A stretch of 64,000 nt of DNA from an uncultured Candidatus Berkelbacteria bacterium (lineage in GTDB: Bacteria; Patescibacteriota; UBA1384; UBA12157; JAENIV01), in NCBI GenBank assembly GCA_963698075.1, contig OY969116.1, positions 465,830 to 529,829 on the forward strand, written 5' to 3'. Position 1 is the stretch's first letter. Every line of letters begins with the position of its first letter. Shown here one piece after another: positions 25,068 to 35,486 of the stretch. Position numbers and translations under genes: made by a program. The notes beneath the pieces were generated by a model, which made no database searches, was not told the DNA's origin, and worked only from the letters and a program-made list of their open reading frames with translations.

Positions 25068-28000
25068 TTACTTCTCTTCTTTCTTCAATTTAATCGTCGT
25101 GGAAACTAATGTCCTTTCCTTCTGTAAGTACATTAGGTGTGATTTGAAATCAATATAGCCAGGTTTGGCCGCCACCAAATAGTAAACACCAGGGGCCACC
25201 AAGAAACGGAAGCGGCCTTCGTTATCAGTGACATCAGTCTCGAGCAGGCGATTATTTTCTTTGAGATAAATTCGCACAATCACCATCCCTAAAGGATGAT
25301 TATAAGTGTCAGTCACGATGCCATAAGGCCTGGCCTTGAAGGTTCTTAGGTATTCTAAAATTCCCAAGAGAAGATAGAAGATAAGCGACAAGAGATAGAG
25401 GATGTTATATGAGATAAAGACCATCACCAAAGCAAAGATTAAACCAAGAACCAGCAGCGGCAGACGGAGCTTCTGAAGTAAGCGGTTTAGTCTCACAATC
25501 CATATCCAAAGATTGACCACAAAACCCGGCCCAACGTGAGGATCCAGGGGAATGTTATAAGCGACAGTCTGATCTTTGCCGGCGATTTTAAAGTCCCCGC
25601 CAGCGTAAATTTTCTCATAAAATGTGGATGATTTTTCTTTGGGAGGAAAGGTATAGCCAGACTTTGAAGCTTGGATATAGAACGTCCCTTCTCTGACCAG
25701 GAATCCGTAGCGTCCCTGATTATCAGTGACCGCTTGCTCGAGGACCCGGTTATATCGTTTATCAAAAATTCTCACCATGGCCAAGGGGATTGGTTGACCA
25801 CTTTGAGAGTTAAAAACCAAACCCCAAGCTTTACGACGTTTCCTGATACCCAAGAGTTGCAATAATTGAATAAACCAATAAGAGATTTGTGGTAAAAGCG
25901 TTCCCAGACTAAAGGCTGTATTAACTAAAATTGGCGTCAAAAGAACGGCGGTGGTGGTGGTGATTACTCCAGTATTTACTTTCGACATATTTTGAGCATT
26001 AGTGAAGAAGTCGCGGACCACACTGGGCACCGCCGGCTGAGCTAAAACCTCTATTTCCACTGTTGAAGAGGTCGAATAATCGGAAACTGTCAGTTTTTGT
26101 TTGCCGCCGGTGTTTAAGACAAAATCTTTACCCGCAAATTCATGGATACCGGCATCAACATCAGTAAAGGTGTACATATTTTTAGTATCAATGGAAAGAC
26201 TCGCATTTTTGTCAGAAGAACTGAAGTAAACCGCCTTATTATACCCCGTAACAATCTTCCCACCGGCGTCGGCGGCGCTAATGCGGACATTATTCGGGAA
26301 TTGTTGACCAGCATTGATGGTATCGGGTAAATTACCCATTACCAGGAAGGCGGCAATTCCACCTTGTTCGACAATTTGTTTTTCTTCGGGGGTTAAAGGT
26401 GCACGGGTTGAAATCGTCAAAATATTCGAAAAATCAGAATAGTTATTTCCGGCATCATAAGCCCGGACCTTGAAGCGGTAGATGGTGCTGGGAGTAAGAC
26501 TATTCAAGCTATAAGAAGTTACGGTCGTCGTGCCAATTAGGATATTAGTGTCGGCGTTATAAAGCTCATAGCCCGCTACGCCAACATTATCAGTTGAAGC
26601 ATCCCATGCCAAATCAATCGCCGTGGTTCCAATATCGGTCGCCCTGAGATTTGACGGCGCGGTTGGCGCCTCTGTGTCACCTGCATTAGGAGTTGGAGTT
26701 GGAATTGGTGTCGGCGGCGGGACAACCTCATTAAAGGTAATTTGCGGATGATCATCTAAAGTACAAAGACTGCCAGCTGTCGTATCGCGAACCGTTAGTG
26801 TTGAAGTATGGGGAGTTCCCGAAGTCACATAGGCTAAGATTTGGCCATTAGTATCGGTATTGGCTCGATTAAAGCTAATGCTGTCCCCCGCCTGATCAGA
26901 ACTGACTGAAACCGTGTGACCGGCAAGTTTATTGCCAGGGGAATCTTTTAAGGTGATGGTCACGGTTGAAGTACTGCCAACGTCTAGCGAGGTCGGTGCC
27001 GCTACCGCTGTCGAGGCCCCCGCCGAACAGGGCCCTGGGATAACCGTAAATTCGCTTGATGTGCCGCCGCTACCAGTGCCGGAAATCGTCTGGATGCCGA
27101 CGCTCTTCATCACCACTCCAGAATATGTCACTAAACCATTAGTCATTGATGAGGCAGCCGGCAAAGAAGCGGCCCCGTCAGATGAAGTCAAAGTGACCGT
27201 ATCGCTTGAACTATTGTCTCGATAGTTACTCGCATCCGCGGCATAAATCGGCAAATCAAAAGAGGTGCCGGCAGTAACCGTATCAGGAGTGTTATCAGTA
27301 AATGTTAATTTATAATCTCCGGCTTGAGAAATTGCCTGGCCGGGGAGTTTGAATAATAATGCCGTTCCCGTGGTGGTTGTCCAAGGGCCAAATTGGTCTG
27401 AAAGCGATGTTTCCACCCCTTCGGCGTTACGAGCTTTAGCTTTATATTTATAGGCCTTGCCATGGGTAAGACCGACATCAGTTGTTGAAAGCGTTGTTGG
27501 CCAAGTAGTGAAGGCTGAGTCTTGACCGCCGCCCCACTCCGGGGGATTGCCCGATGTCTCGGCAAACTGGATGCCTGAAGAACCGACACTAATATTGGTG
27601 AAGCTGTCGGTGATTGTTAAGGCAATCGAATTCGGCGTAATTAGCCCCACTGTAATCGTCGCCGGCGTCTCAATCCGGGTGTATTTCCAGGAGCTGTCAG
27701 AAGGCGAGGTCACATTCGGGGTGCTATTGCCGTCGCGGGCTCTGGCAATGAAAGTATATTTAGAGTTGGTTAAAAGGCCTGTGGTAGTAATGCCCGACGA
27801 GCTCCCCCAATCAGCATAAGTCTGCCAAGAGGCATTATCAAAAGTTTGATTGCAGACCGCTGCCCCGCCTGATGGCGCCCCGAGCCAGGTCGTGCCGTTA
27901 TCGCAAGAAATCGCATATTGAGTATTATTAGAAGTTGAGCCATCAGCATTGACACCGCCAGTGGGATTATTATTTTGGCTAACTGTGATTTGCAAACGGT

Positions 28001-31000
28001 CGGTTGAGGTGGAATCGCCAGATTTAAAAGCCAATGTCCCTTGGCCGGGCTGATTGGCCCAAGTTGATTTGGCCACCCCAGTAGTGAAAGCACTCCCTGA
28101 AGCTGGCTGGCCGCTGGCTGGTCGTCTTTTGATCTGATAAGTATAGGTGGTATTAACTGCCAAAGAGGTATTAGCTTTGCCTGTACCGCTCCCCCAAGTA
28201 GCATAGGTCTCCCAGTCCTCCCCTGTCTGAACCCCGCCAGTGGCAGCAACAACATATTTACCTAAAGTTTGATTGTAAACAGCAAAATTCATGTCTGGCG
28301 GATCAGAACCTGGATTAGTAATAATCTGCAAAGAAGTGGTTGAATTAATATTGACTGTCGGCAGCCCGGGTGCCGCCAATGAAGTGTAGACTGCATCGGA
28401 ACTGACATTATAAAGCGAACTGGCGCCATCGGTAACATAAGCTTGGGCTTGAAAACAATAAGGTAAATATTCTGCCAATCCGGTGTCGGGATTGGTCGCC
28501 GAAGTAGCGCCGCTCATGTCGGTGCAGTCAGCTGTTTGTTTATGCTGATAATTGTAATCTGATTTATTGGAAGAGTTGTCAGTAATGTCCCAAGTAATCT
28601 GTAATTCGTCCGCTGTCCCCCCTGTCACTGTCGGCCCATAGCCGGAGTAAACCGCGCGGATGCCGGTAGCATCGAGGGCGGTGTTGAAGATGGTGAAATC
28701 GGAGATGAGACCATTAAGGGGATAAGTTCCGTCAGCGCTTCCAACGTATAAAGAAGTATCTAATGTTCCTTGTATTATCCCAGTTGCCGGTGTTCCGACC
28801 TCTGCACCATTTAAATATAGCCTCAAATAACCAGAGGTAGTATCCCAAGATGCGGCAACATGTTGCCAGGTATTAGCAGACCAATCGACCGCGTAATCAA
28901 CCTGCTTATTACTGCCACCACCCCGATAATAAATCCGTAGCACATTCTCAGCTCTTTTCTGGAAACTAATAAGATTACTACTATCAACACTGACATCAGC
29001 AATCACATGTACAGCATTATCATTGCCGGCCCAATCTGTCTTAATCCAAGCCGAGAAAGTTCCCGCGGTCATACTAATATTACTGCTACTAGGATAGGTT
29101 AATACTTCCGCATTTCTTGTCAACTGCCCGGTGGCACCGGTTGGAATATAGGTAGTGGCAAAAGCGCCGAGTTCAGCTTGAGCGCAATCAACATAGACGG
29201 TTTGGCTCGCTTTAACATAAAAACCTAAATTCCAAGAGGCGGCGGTGCCGGTAAAAGTCGCAGTCAGACGATACCAGTCTGTTGAACCAACTTGAGTATA
29301 AGTAGTTGATAATCCGGAAGATGTCAGATCAGTCGCGGCATAAAGTTGAATTACCGTTGCATCAACTGTGCCGCCGCCAGATTTTTGCGCATAACCTGAA
29401 ATAGTATGAGTAGCCGCTGTCAGGGTTTGGGCTTGATAATATCTTTTATCAGCCGCGCCATTGGTCAGTCGCGAACTGTACGAAGGATTCAAATAAGGAC
29501 TTGAAACTCGGGCTGGTGTCAGACCGGATTCGGCGGTCCAGCCAGTTGGTGGAGCGCCGTTGCTAAAATTGCCATAAGTGATTAAGTTCGTCCTCGCCTC
29601 TTCAATCCTCACCCCCCCGCCGGGGTTTTGGGCAATATCGGCAGTCGAGACTTTTTCGATCCGGCCTTTCAAGTTGTTGCTATCAACACCAAGAATATGT
29701 GTCGTATCATTGATGTAACTGGCATTGGCGCCGGAATTGGTAATCGTTGCCGCTCCGGAACCCGCAGCTTTATCAGCATTAAGATCAATATTAGTGCCTT
29801 GCATTCTGAAAGTAATTTGATCATCTAAGCTGGTCGAAGGCTTTAGTTTATTAGCCAAAGTCTGACCCCTGGTAGTGTAAACATATCCCGAATCAGGCGC
29901 ACTGGTTTTGGCAGCGTGGACGCGGTAACAATAGCTGGTGTTGGCACTGGGACTACCATCGGTGTAATTAGGATCATTGCCGCCAATAGTGGTGGAAATA
30001 TCAGTCCAACTGCCTTCACAATTGCCTTGCCTTTCAAGATGGAGATTAGTGGCATCTGAAGAGTTAACTGTCCAGTTAACTCTTAATTGATTAATATCAG
30101 CATCACTGATATTGATATCACTCGGCGCGTAACCTTGATAAACTCCTTTGACTTTTTCGCCACTTAGGGCGGTGTTGAAGATGGTGTAGTCGGAAATGAG
30201 GGAATTAGCGTACCCCCGGCCTCCGCCAACATAAATTGTATTATTGGCCCAACCTGATGGTGGTGGATTAGAACCACTAATTGTCCCAACATTAGTACCA
30301 TTGATATAAACCTGACCAGTACTCCCAGTATCACCCCAAGTCAGAGCGACATGAGTCCATGTGTTTTGCGGAATAATGTCACTGGTAGTGGTCCATTGTG
30401 GATAGAGAGTATCTCCATTTGGCACCCGAAAATACCAAATATTGCTTGAATATTTAAATATTTGGATTCTTCTTGCATCTGGTGCGGAGGGTCCACCAAT
30501 TACTGTCAAGGCGTGAGTCCCGTTATCACCGACAGGAAATTCTGGATTCACCCAAAAAGCAACTGTCCCAGCGATTGGTGAAGCATTATTAGTGGCGGCG
30601 TAGTATAGGACTTCCGCATTTCTTGTCGCCGCCGCGGTGGTGGTGGGAATATAGGAGGTGGCATAAGCACCGAGTTCTTCTTGCTCAGCGTCCATATAGA
30701 CATAAACACTTTTAGTATAGACATATAAATCTAGATTGGAATGATCATGAGCGGCTGCCGCTGTAAGAGTAGCGGTGAGCTTGGTCCAACCAGTACCAAT
30801 AGCCACCGCACCAGTAGAACCCGCCTCGTTTCCATTAATACCAGTGGCCCAAACGGCAAAATTAACACTTGCCGAACTATCGGATTTGACCCAAACGCTA
30901 CCAGTGTACTTATCACCTGCATTAATGGTCATGGATTGACCTATGCTCAGCGAGCCCCATGTTCCGCCGCCAGTCAAAATGCCACGGCAGACTTTTGACC

Positions 31001-32363
31001 CATGGACTGGACTTGCGCCCGCGTAATCGTCGGCTGTCATTGTTCCACCGTCAGTAGCAACATAATGATAATCGGTAAAATTAGCCGATTCACAACTGGA
31101 ATCTGCCAGATTATTCGTCCTTGCCTCTTCAATCCTCACCGCCCCACCAGGGTCTCGGGCAATGCCCGAGGTTGTCACTCGTTCAACCCGGCCTTTGTCG
31201 GAATTCTCGACCGTAATGATATTGCCGGAGTCATTTGTATAGGTGGCACTGCCGCCGGCAGAGGTGATGGTCGCCGCGGCCGAGCCGCCTGATTTATCGG
31301 CAGTTAAATTGGTGGTTGTCCCTTGAACCCGTAGAGTGGTGGCGTCATTTAAAGTTGTCGAAGGCAAAAGTTTGGTCGCCAAAGTCTGCCCCCGGGCAAC
31401 ATTGGAATAATCTGAATAACCTCCGTTATAAGCTCGAAGTCGAAAACAATAACTGGTATTGCTAGTTAAACTACCAACATTAGTGGTTGCCACATCGCCA
31501 GTGGCTGATTCCGCGCCATATGAACCGGTGCAGCCAGCGGATTTCGAAATATAATAATTGGTGGCGCCGCTGGCTTTCGTCCAGTTGACCGTTAACTGCG
31601 AGTCTGTGGCGCCACTGCCGATATAAACCGCGGTCGGCGGCAAAAGCGGATTATAATCAACATGGGCGTAAACCTGGGTAACATAGGCATAATTAACGGC
31701 AGCATTGGCTTGCACTCCAATCTGTAAATTATCAACATCAGACCAAGTCCAGGCAACGCTCGTCTTTGGATTGGTCGCCCAAGTATCAGAGTAAGTCGCA
31801 TAAGAAGTGGTTGGACTTTGCCAAGCACCATAGTAAGCAGTGCCGCCGGTTTTTAAAGCTGATCTTACCTGAACGCCGGCGGTAGAACCGCGCTTGGCGA
31901 CATAATAAACCGAAACCGAATTGATAATGCCGAACTGGGAAGAATTGGTAATATTATATAAATCACCCGCACTGGCTGTGCCAGTTGAAACATAAGAAGT
32001 ATCTGCGTCATTAGTGGTTGTCACGCACCAGTTGGCTGAACCGCAGCCAATGCTGCCAGTTGGTGTCCATTGAGTACTATCGCCGGCGGCATTGGGGGCA
32101 AAATCAACTGTTGCGGCAAAAACCTTTCCAGGTTGAGCAAAATTGATCCGATAAAAAAGCGTCCCAATAAAGATCAAAAAAACGATCAAGAAAAAAGTAT
32201 GCACCCATTTTGAATATTTAAAACTTGACCATTGGTAATACCAATGAAACCGTTGCCTTAAAACATCGTGCAACGGCAAAAGAGCCGGCACAGTTGTCCG
32301 GGTGCTTTTTTGGAGCCGGATAATTTCTTTATCGAGGGATTCAAGCTCCTCGTCCGGTATCAT
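25068..32363 (-). CDS. Giant membrane-anchored surface protein (2431 aa) with LamG-like domains, FN3 repeats and C-terminal TM segments plus CarboxypepD_reg-like domains
   Basis: N-terminal cytoplasmic stretch and TM anchor. Three LamG-type C-terminal signatures (LISDYTIFNTALSGEKV, LISDFTIFNTALDATGIRAVY, and a third). FN3-like Y...Y..Y..V.A repeats. C-terminal hydrophobic helices flanking VTDNQGRYGFLV and VTDNEGRFRFLV modules. Confidence 0.65.
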   Translation of the reverse strand: MIPDEELESLDKEIIRLQKSTRTTVPALLPLHDVLRQRFHWYYQWSSFKYSKWVHTFFLIVFLIFIGTLFYRINFAQPGKVFAATVDFAPNAAGDSTQWTPTGSIGCGSANWCVTTTNDADTSYVSTGTASAGDLYNITNSSQFGIINSVSVYYVAKRGSTAGVQVRSALKTGGTAYYGAWQSPTTSYATYSDTWATNPKTSVAWTWSDVDNLQIGVQANAAVNYAYVTQVYAHVDYNPLLPPTAVYIGSGATDSQLTVNWTKASGATNYYISKSAGCTGSYGAESATGDVATTNVGSLTSNTSYCFRLRAYNGGYSDYSNVARGQTLATKLLPSTTLNDATTLRVQGTTTNLTADKSGGSAAATITSAGGSATYTNDSGNIITVENSDKGRVERVTTSGIARDPGGAVRIEEARTNNLADSSCESANFTDYHYVATDGGTMTADDYAGASPVHGSKVCRGILTGGGTWGSLSIGQSMTINAGDKYTGSVWVKSDSSASVNFAVWATGINGNEAGSTGAVAIGTGWTKLTATLTAAAAHDHSNLDLYVYTKSVYVYMDAEQEELGAYATSYIPTTTAAATRNAEVLYYAATNNASPIAGTVAFWVNPEFPVGDNGTHALTVIGGPSAPDARRIQIFKYSSNIWYFRVPNGDTLYPQWTTTSDIIPQNTWTHVALTWGDTGSTGQVYINGTNVGTISGSNPPPSGWANNTIYVGGGRGYANSLISDYTIFNTALSGEKVKGVYQGYAPSDINISDADINQLRVNWTVNSSDATNLHLERQGNCEGSWTDISTTIGGNDPNYTDGSPSANTSYCYRVHAAKTSAPDSGYVYTTRGQTLANKLKPSTSLDDQITFRMQGTNIDLNADKAAGSGAATITNSGANASYINDTTHILGVDSNNLKGRIEKVSTADIAQNPGGGVRIEEARTNLITYGNFSNGAPPTGWTAESGLTPARVSSPYLNPSYSSRLTNGAADKRYYQAQTLTAATHTISGYAQKSGGGTVDATVIQLYAATDLTSSGLSTTYTQVGSTDWYRLTATFTGTAASWNLGFYVKASQTVYVDCAQAELGAFATTYIPTGATGQLTRNAEVLTYPSSSNISMTAGTFSAWIKTDWAGNDNAVHVIADVSVDSSNLISFQKRAENVLRIYYRGGGSNKQVDYAVDWSANTWQHVAASWDTTSGYLRLYLNGAEVGTPATGIIQGTLDTSLYVGSADGTYPLNGLISDFTIFNTALDATGIRAVYSGYGPTVTGGTADELQITWDITDNSSNKSDYNYQHKQTADCTDMSGATSATNPDTGLAEYLPYCFQAQAYVTDGASSLYNVSSDAVYTSLAAPGLPTVNINSTTSLQIITNPGSDPPDMNFAVYNQTLGKYVVAATGGVQTGEDWETYATWGSGTGKANTSLAVNTTYTYQIKRRPASGQPASGSAFTTGVAKSTWANQPGQGTLAFKSGDSTSTDRLQITVSQNNNPTGGVNADGSTSNNTQYAISCDNGTTWLGAPSGGAAVCNQTFDNASWQTYADWGSSSGITTTGLLTNSKYTFIARARDGNSTPNVTSPSDSSWKYTRIETPATITVGLITPNSIALTITDSFTNISVGSSGIQFAETSGNPPEWGGGQDSAFTTWPTTLSTTDVGLTHGKAYKYKAKARNAEGVETSLSDQFGPWTTTTGTALLFKLPGQAISQAGDYKLTFTDNTPDTVTAGTSFDLPIYAADASNYRDNSSSDTVTLTSSDGAASLPAASSMTNGLVTYSGVVMKSVGIQTISGTGSGGTSSEFTVIPGPCSAGASTAVAAPTSLDVGSTSTVTITLKDSPGNKLAGHTVSVSSDQAGDSISFNRANTDTNGQILAYVTSGTPHTSTLTVRDTTAGSLCTLDDHPQITFNEVVPPPTPIPTPTPNAGDTEAPTAPSNLRATDIGTTAIDLAWDASTDNVGVAGYELYNADTNILIGTTTVTSYSLNSLTPSTIYRFKVRAYDAGNNYSDFSNILTISTRAPLTPEEKQIVEQGGIAAFLVMGNLPDTINAGQQFPNNVRISAADAGGKIVTGYNKAVYFSSSDKNASLSIDTKNMYTFTDVDAGIHEFAGKDFVLNTGGKQKLTVSDYSTSSTVEIEVLAQPAVPSVVRDFFTNAQNMSKVNTGVITTTTAVLLTPILVNTAFSLGTLLPQISYWFIQLLQLLGIRKRRKAWGLVFNSQSGQPIPLAMVRIFDKRYNRVLEQAVTDNQGRYGFLVREGTFYIQASKSGYTFPPKEKSSTFYEKIYAGGDFKIAGKDQTVAYNIPLDPHVGPGFVVNLWIWIVRLNRLLQKLRLPLLVLGLIFALVMVFISYNILYLLSLIFYLLLGILEYLRTFKARPYGIVTDTYNHPLGMVIVRIYLKENNRLLETDVTDNEGRFRFLVAPGVYYLVAAKPGYIDFKSHLMYLQKERTLVSTTIKLKKEEK

Positions 32364-32509
32364 TTTCTCCCCTCCTCGTTAGATAACTCAAAAACTTCCT
32401 TTTCGCTCGAGAAAAAAGAAGCCTTATTCTATAACCATCATACAGAAAATATCAATCAACTGTCAAGAATTTTGGAAATATTGCCTACAATATATATAAT
32501 AGTATAGCC

Positions 32510-34396
32510 ATGCAAAAAAGTAAATTGCCAATTTTGATGGGCGTGGGTCTTTTCCTGGTTGTTTTGATTATTTATCTTATTTTTCTTTGTCCTTCCATTC
32601 ATCCCCGGGATAATCCCGATATCGTCACCGCTGCCGCCACCTTAGGGATTCCCCACAGCCCTGGCTATCCTCTGTTTACGGTTTTAGGCCATCTTTTTAC
32701 CAAAATCCCAATCAGCACTATCCCCTGGCGGGTTAATTTAATGTCCGCGATTTTTTCCGCTGCCAGTGTTTTCGTTATTTATCTGATTATCCTCAAATTA
32801 ACCAAAAAACCTGCCTCGCCGGCAGGCGGGGTGGTACCCGCTTTAATTGGCGCCAGTATCCTTGCTTTCTCCTATTATTTTTTCTTGCAATCCTTATCTG
32901 CTGATGTCTTGAGTCTCAATAATCTTTTAGTTGGCCTGGAAATTCTGATTCTTTTAATTTGGTATGAAAAAAGAGAACAAAAATATTTATATTTATTTGC
33001 TCTATTCTTTGGTTTAGCTTTTTCCAATCATCAGATTTCTTTTATTCTTTTGCCGGCTTTTATTTATCTTTTTTGGGTAACGGATAAAGAAATCTTCCTT
33101 AATTGGCAATTGTTAATCAAACTGGCAATTTTTTTCATTTTAGGACTATTACCCTTCATTTATTTGCCAATCAGAGCCGCTCAAAATCCAGCCTATATCT
33201 GGGGTGAGCCGAATTCCTTTTTGGGATTTTTATATATGATTACGCGCAAGGAATATGTTGGCGACAACTTTCAAAATATCTCTTATTTTGCCTGGAGGAT
33301 TTGGGATTGGCTTAAATTAATCAGTTGGAAGGAATTTCTGCTTATTGGCTTAGGGCTGGGTATTTTAGGGATTGCCAGTTTTTGGAAAAAAGATAAAAAA
33401 CTGGCGATTTTTTTTCTTTTTTTGATAATCTTAAGCGGCCCAGTTTTTGCATTTTTCTCTGATATTCCCTCGGAGTGGGTAGAAGCAATTGGGATGGAGA
33501 GATTTTTTATTTTTTCGTACTTTATTTTTGCCATTGTCATCGGCTTAGGAATCAATTGGTTTTTTGAAAAATATCAAAAATTAAACTATCTATTAATCCT
33601 TTTGCCAATCGGATTTTTCCTCTTTAATTTTCATTTAATCAATTTACGCCATTATTACTATGCTTATGATCTGGGTCAAAATATTTTAAAAAATTTACCC
33701 GAAAACACGGTTTTGTTTGCTGGTTCTGATGTCCCTTTATTTGAGCTTTGGTACTTGCAAAAAGTCGAAAATGTAAGAACCGACGTTCAAGTTTTACCTG
33801 GGGCTGATCCAAAATTAGTTGGCCTGCCTTCATCAACCAAAAAACGCATTTTAGAAGAATTTCCTGATTATAACTTGCCAATTGAAGAATTAGCTAAAAA
33901 ATATCCGATTTATACCACTAATAATATTGATATCTTTTGGGGACCGCAGATAAAAAATTTTATTCCTGAAGGCATAGTCTATCAATATTCGCAAGATTTA
34001 GATTGGTTTAAGAATTTTGATGGGCTGACTGCCTTGAAGAATTTAAAAGTTTACCAAACCAGTGGTGAATACAAAATCAAAAATATTCCTGAACAATTCA
34101 CCTGGGAGATCGTCTACTATTACATTAATGGCTGGACAAGTTTAGGCGAAGCTTATCAAAAAAGAAAATTACCGGCTGACGCTGCCTTCTGTTATGAGAA
34201 GGCTTTAGAAATGGATCCTGATTATTTAGTTGCTCAAAACAATTATGCCGGCACCTTTTTGGAAAGAGGGCTGTATCAAGAAGCCATTGATCGTTTTAAG
34301 GCTATTTTGAAAAAATATCCTGGTCAACAATCAGCCCAGAATGGTCTGATGATGGCCCAACAAAAACTTACCGAACAGCAGTCTCCTGGCCAATAA
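32510..34396 (+). CDS. GT-C-type membrane glycosyltransferase (DUF2723/TMEM260-like) with C-terminal TPR repeats
   Basis: About 11 TM segments with an HSPGYPLFTVLGHLF motif near the N-terminus. C-terminal TPR repeats AYQKRKLPADAAFCYEKALEMDPDY.... Confidence 0.5.
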   Translation: MQKSKLPILMGVGLFLVVLIIYLIFLCPSIHPRDNPDIVTAAATLGIPHSPGYPLFTVLGHLFTKIPISTIPWRVNLMSAIFSAASVFVIYLIILKLTKKPASPAGGVVPALIGASILAFSYYFFLQSLSADVLSLNNLLVGLEILILLIWYEKREQKYLYLFALFFGLAFSNHQISFILLPAFIYLFWVTDKEIFLNWQLLIKLAIFFILGLLPFIYLPIRAAQNPAYIWGEPNSFLGFLYMITRKEYVGDNFQNISYFAWRIWDWLKLISWKEFLLIGLGLGILGIASFWKKDKKLAIFFLFLIILSGPVFAFFSDIPSEWVEAIGMERFFIFSYFIFAIVIGLGINWFFEKYQKLNYLLILLPIGFFLFNFHLINLRHYYYAYDLGQNILKNLPENTVLFAGSDVPLFELWYLQKVENVRTDVQVLPGADPKLVGLPSSTKKRILEEFPDYNLPIEELAKKYPIYTTNNIDIFWGPQIKNFIPEGIVYQYSQDLDWFKNFDGLTALKNLKVYQTSGEYKIKNIPEQFTWEIVYYYINGWTSLGEAYQKRKLPADAAFCYEKALEMDPDYLVAQNNYAGTFLERGLYQEAIDRFKAILKKYPGQQSAQNGLMMAQQKLTEQQSPGQ

Positions 34397-35456
34397 CTTT
34401 AAGATAGAAATCCTCTTGAATCTTGGCCGCTTCATCCCACGAGGGCAAAGGTTTATAAATCATTTTTTTTGATATTTCTGAAGCGTTCTCCCAGGCATAG
34501 ATAATTTTTTTTGCCAAATCTTCGATATCAAAAGACTTGGCAAAAACAGCTTGTTTTTGACTTTGTTCCACTAAAGCAGAATTGTCAAAAGTAACCATGG
34601 CTTTTTTTAATAACAAGCATTCATTGGCGACAATGCATCCCGATTCATAGCGGGATGGTACCACGACTATTCTTGCCTCTTGAAGATATCTAATTTTCTC
34701 TTTCGAGACTATTTGGCCAATTAATTTTACATATTTTTCAAGGTTTAATACTTTGATTAATTTTTCGATTTTTTCTTTGTCTTTTCCTTCCCCGGCAACG
34801 AGCAAAGGCATTTTAGCTTTATTGGGAATCTTTGAATAAGCTTTAATCAAGAGATCGAGGCCTTTTTGATGAATATCTAAGCGGCCAATAAAAAGGATAT
34901 AATTTTTGGTTTGAATGTTTTTTATCGAACGGGGAAATTCAGACAAAGTTTGATTATTCAAAGTTAAAATCTTTAAGCCAGTTTGTCTGTCTCTTAGAAC
35001 ATTTTTTTGAATCGCTTGCGTCGGGAAAATGAAATTTTTGTATAATCGCAAACCGATTTCATAGGGTATAAAGAAGGGCAATTTATATTTGGATGACATT
35101 TCCCAGGCAAAAGCCCAGTCCACCATCGCAATCACTGGCTTTTGGGTAAAACGCGGGCTCCAGACCGGGCCAAAAGGCGGGGTAAAATTTTCTACTAATA
35201 GGTCAAAATTATTCTTTTTAACTATTTCAGGGACGTGCCAGAAAAAACTTAAAAAATTCCAGGGGAATTTTTTTTGACCAATTCTTAAATAGCTAATCTC
35301 TTCAATTATCTCATTTTTAGCCCCTGGATAATTGCCGGTAACAACCATAACCTGATGTTTTTTAGCCAATCGCCGATTAATTTCAAAAGTTCTAACTGCC
35401 TGGCCTCCGCCTAAAGGATTTTTTAAGTCATCAAAGTCAAGATGTAATATTTTCAT
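34368..35456 (-). CDS. GT4-family glycosyltransferase
   Basis: GT-B fold. C-terminal Glycos_transf_1 region with an E..G motif (SRYESGCIVANE). Confidence 0.65.
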   Translation of the reverse strand: MKILHLDFDDLKNPLGGGQAVRTFEINRRLAKKHQVMVVTGNYPGAKNEIIEEISYLRIGQKKFPWNFLSFFWHVPEIVKKNNFDLLVENFTPPFGPVWSPRFTQKPVIAMVDWAFAWEMSSKYKLPFFIPYEIGLRLYKNFIFPTQAIQKNVLRDRQTGLKILTLNNQTLSEFPRSIKNIQTKNYILFIGRLDIHQKGLDLLIKAYSKIPNKAKMPLLVAGEGKDKEKIEKLIKVLNLEKYVKLIGQIVSKEKIRYLQEARIVVVPSRYESGCIVANECLLLKKAMVTFDNSALVEQSQKQAVFAKSFDIEDLAKKIIYAWENASEISKKMIYKPLPSWDEAAKIQEDFYLKVIGQETAVR

Positions 35457-35486
35457 TTAGATTCTCATCATTGCTAATTAGCAAGG

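Noticed and set aside
25493-31831. Multiple 60-160-aa ORFs on both strands inside the 2431-aa gene
   Set aside because: They are nested within a continuous 7.3-kb ORF with coherent domain structure.
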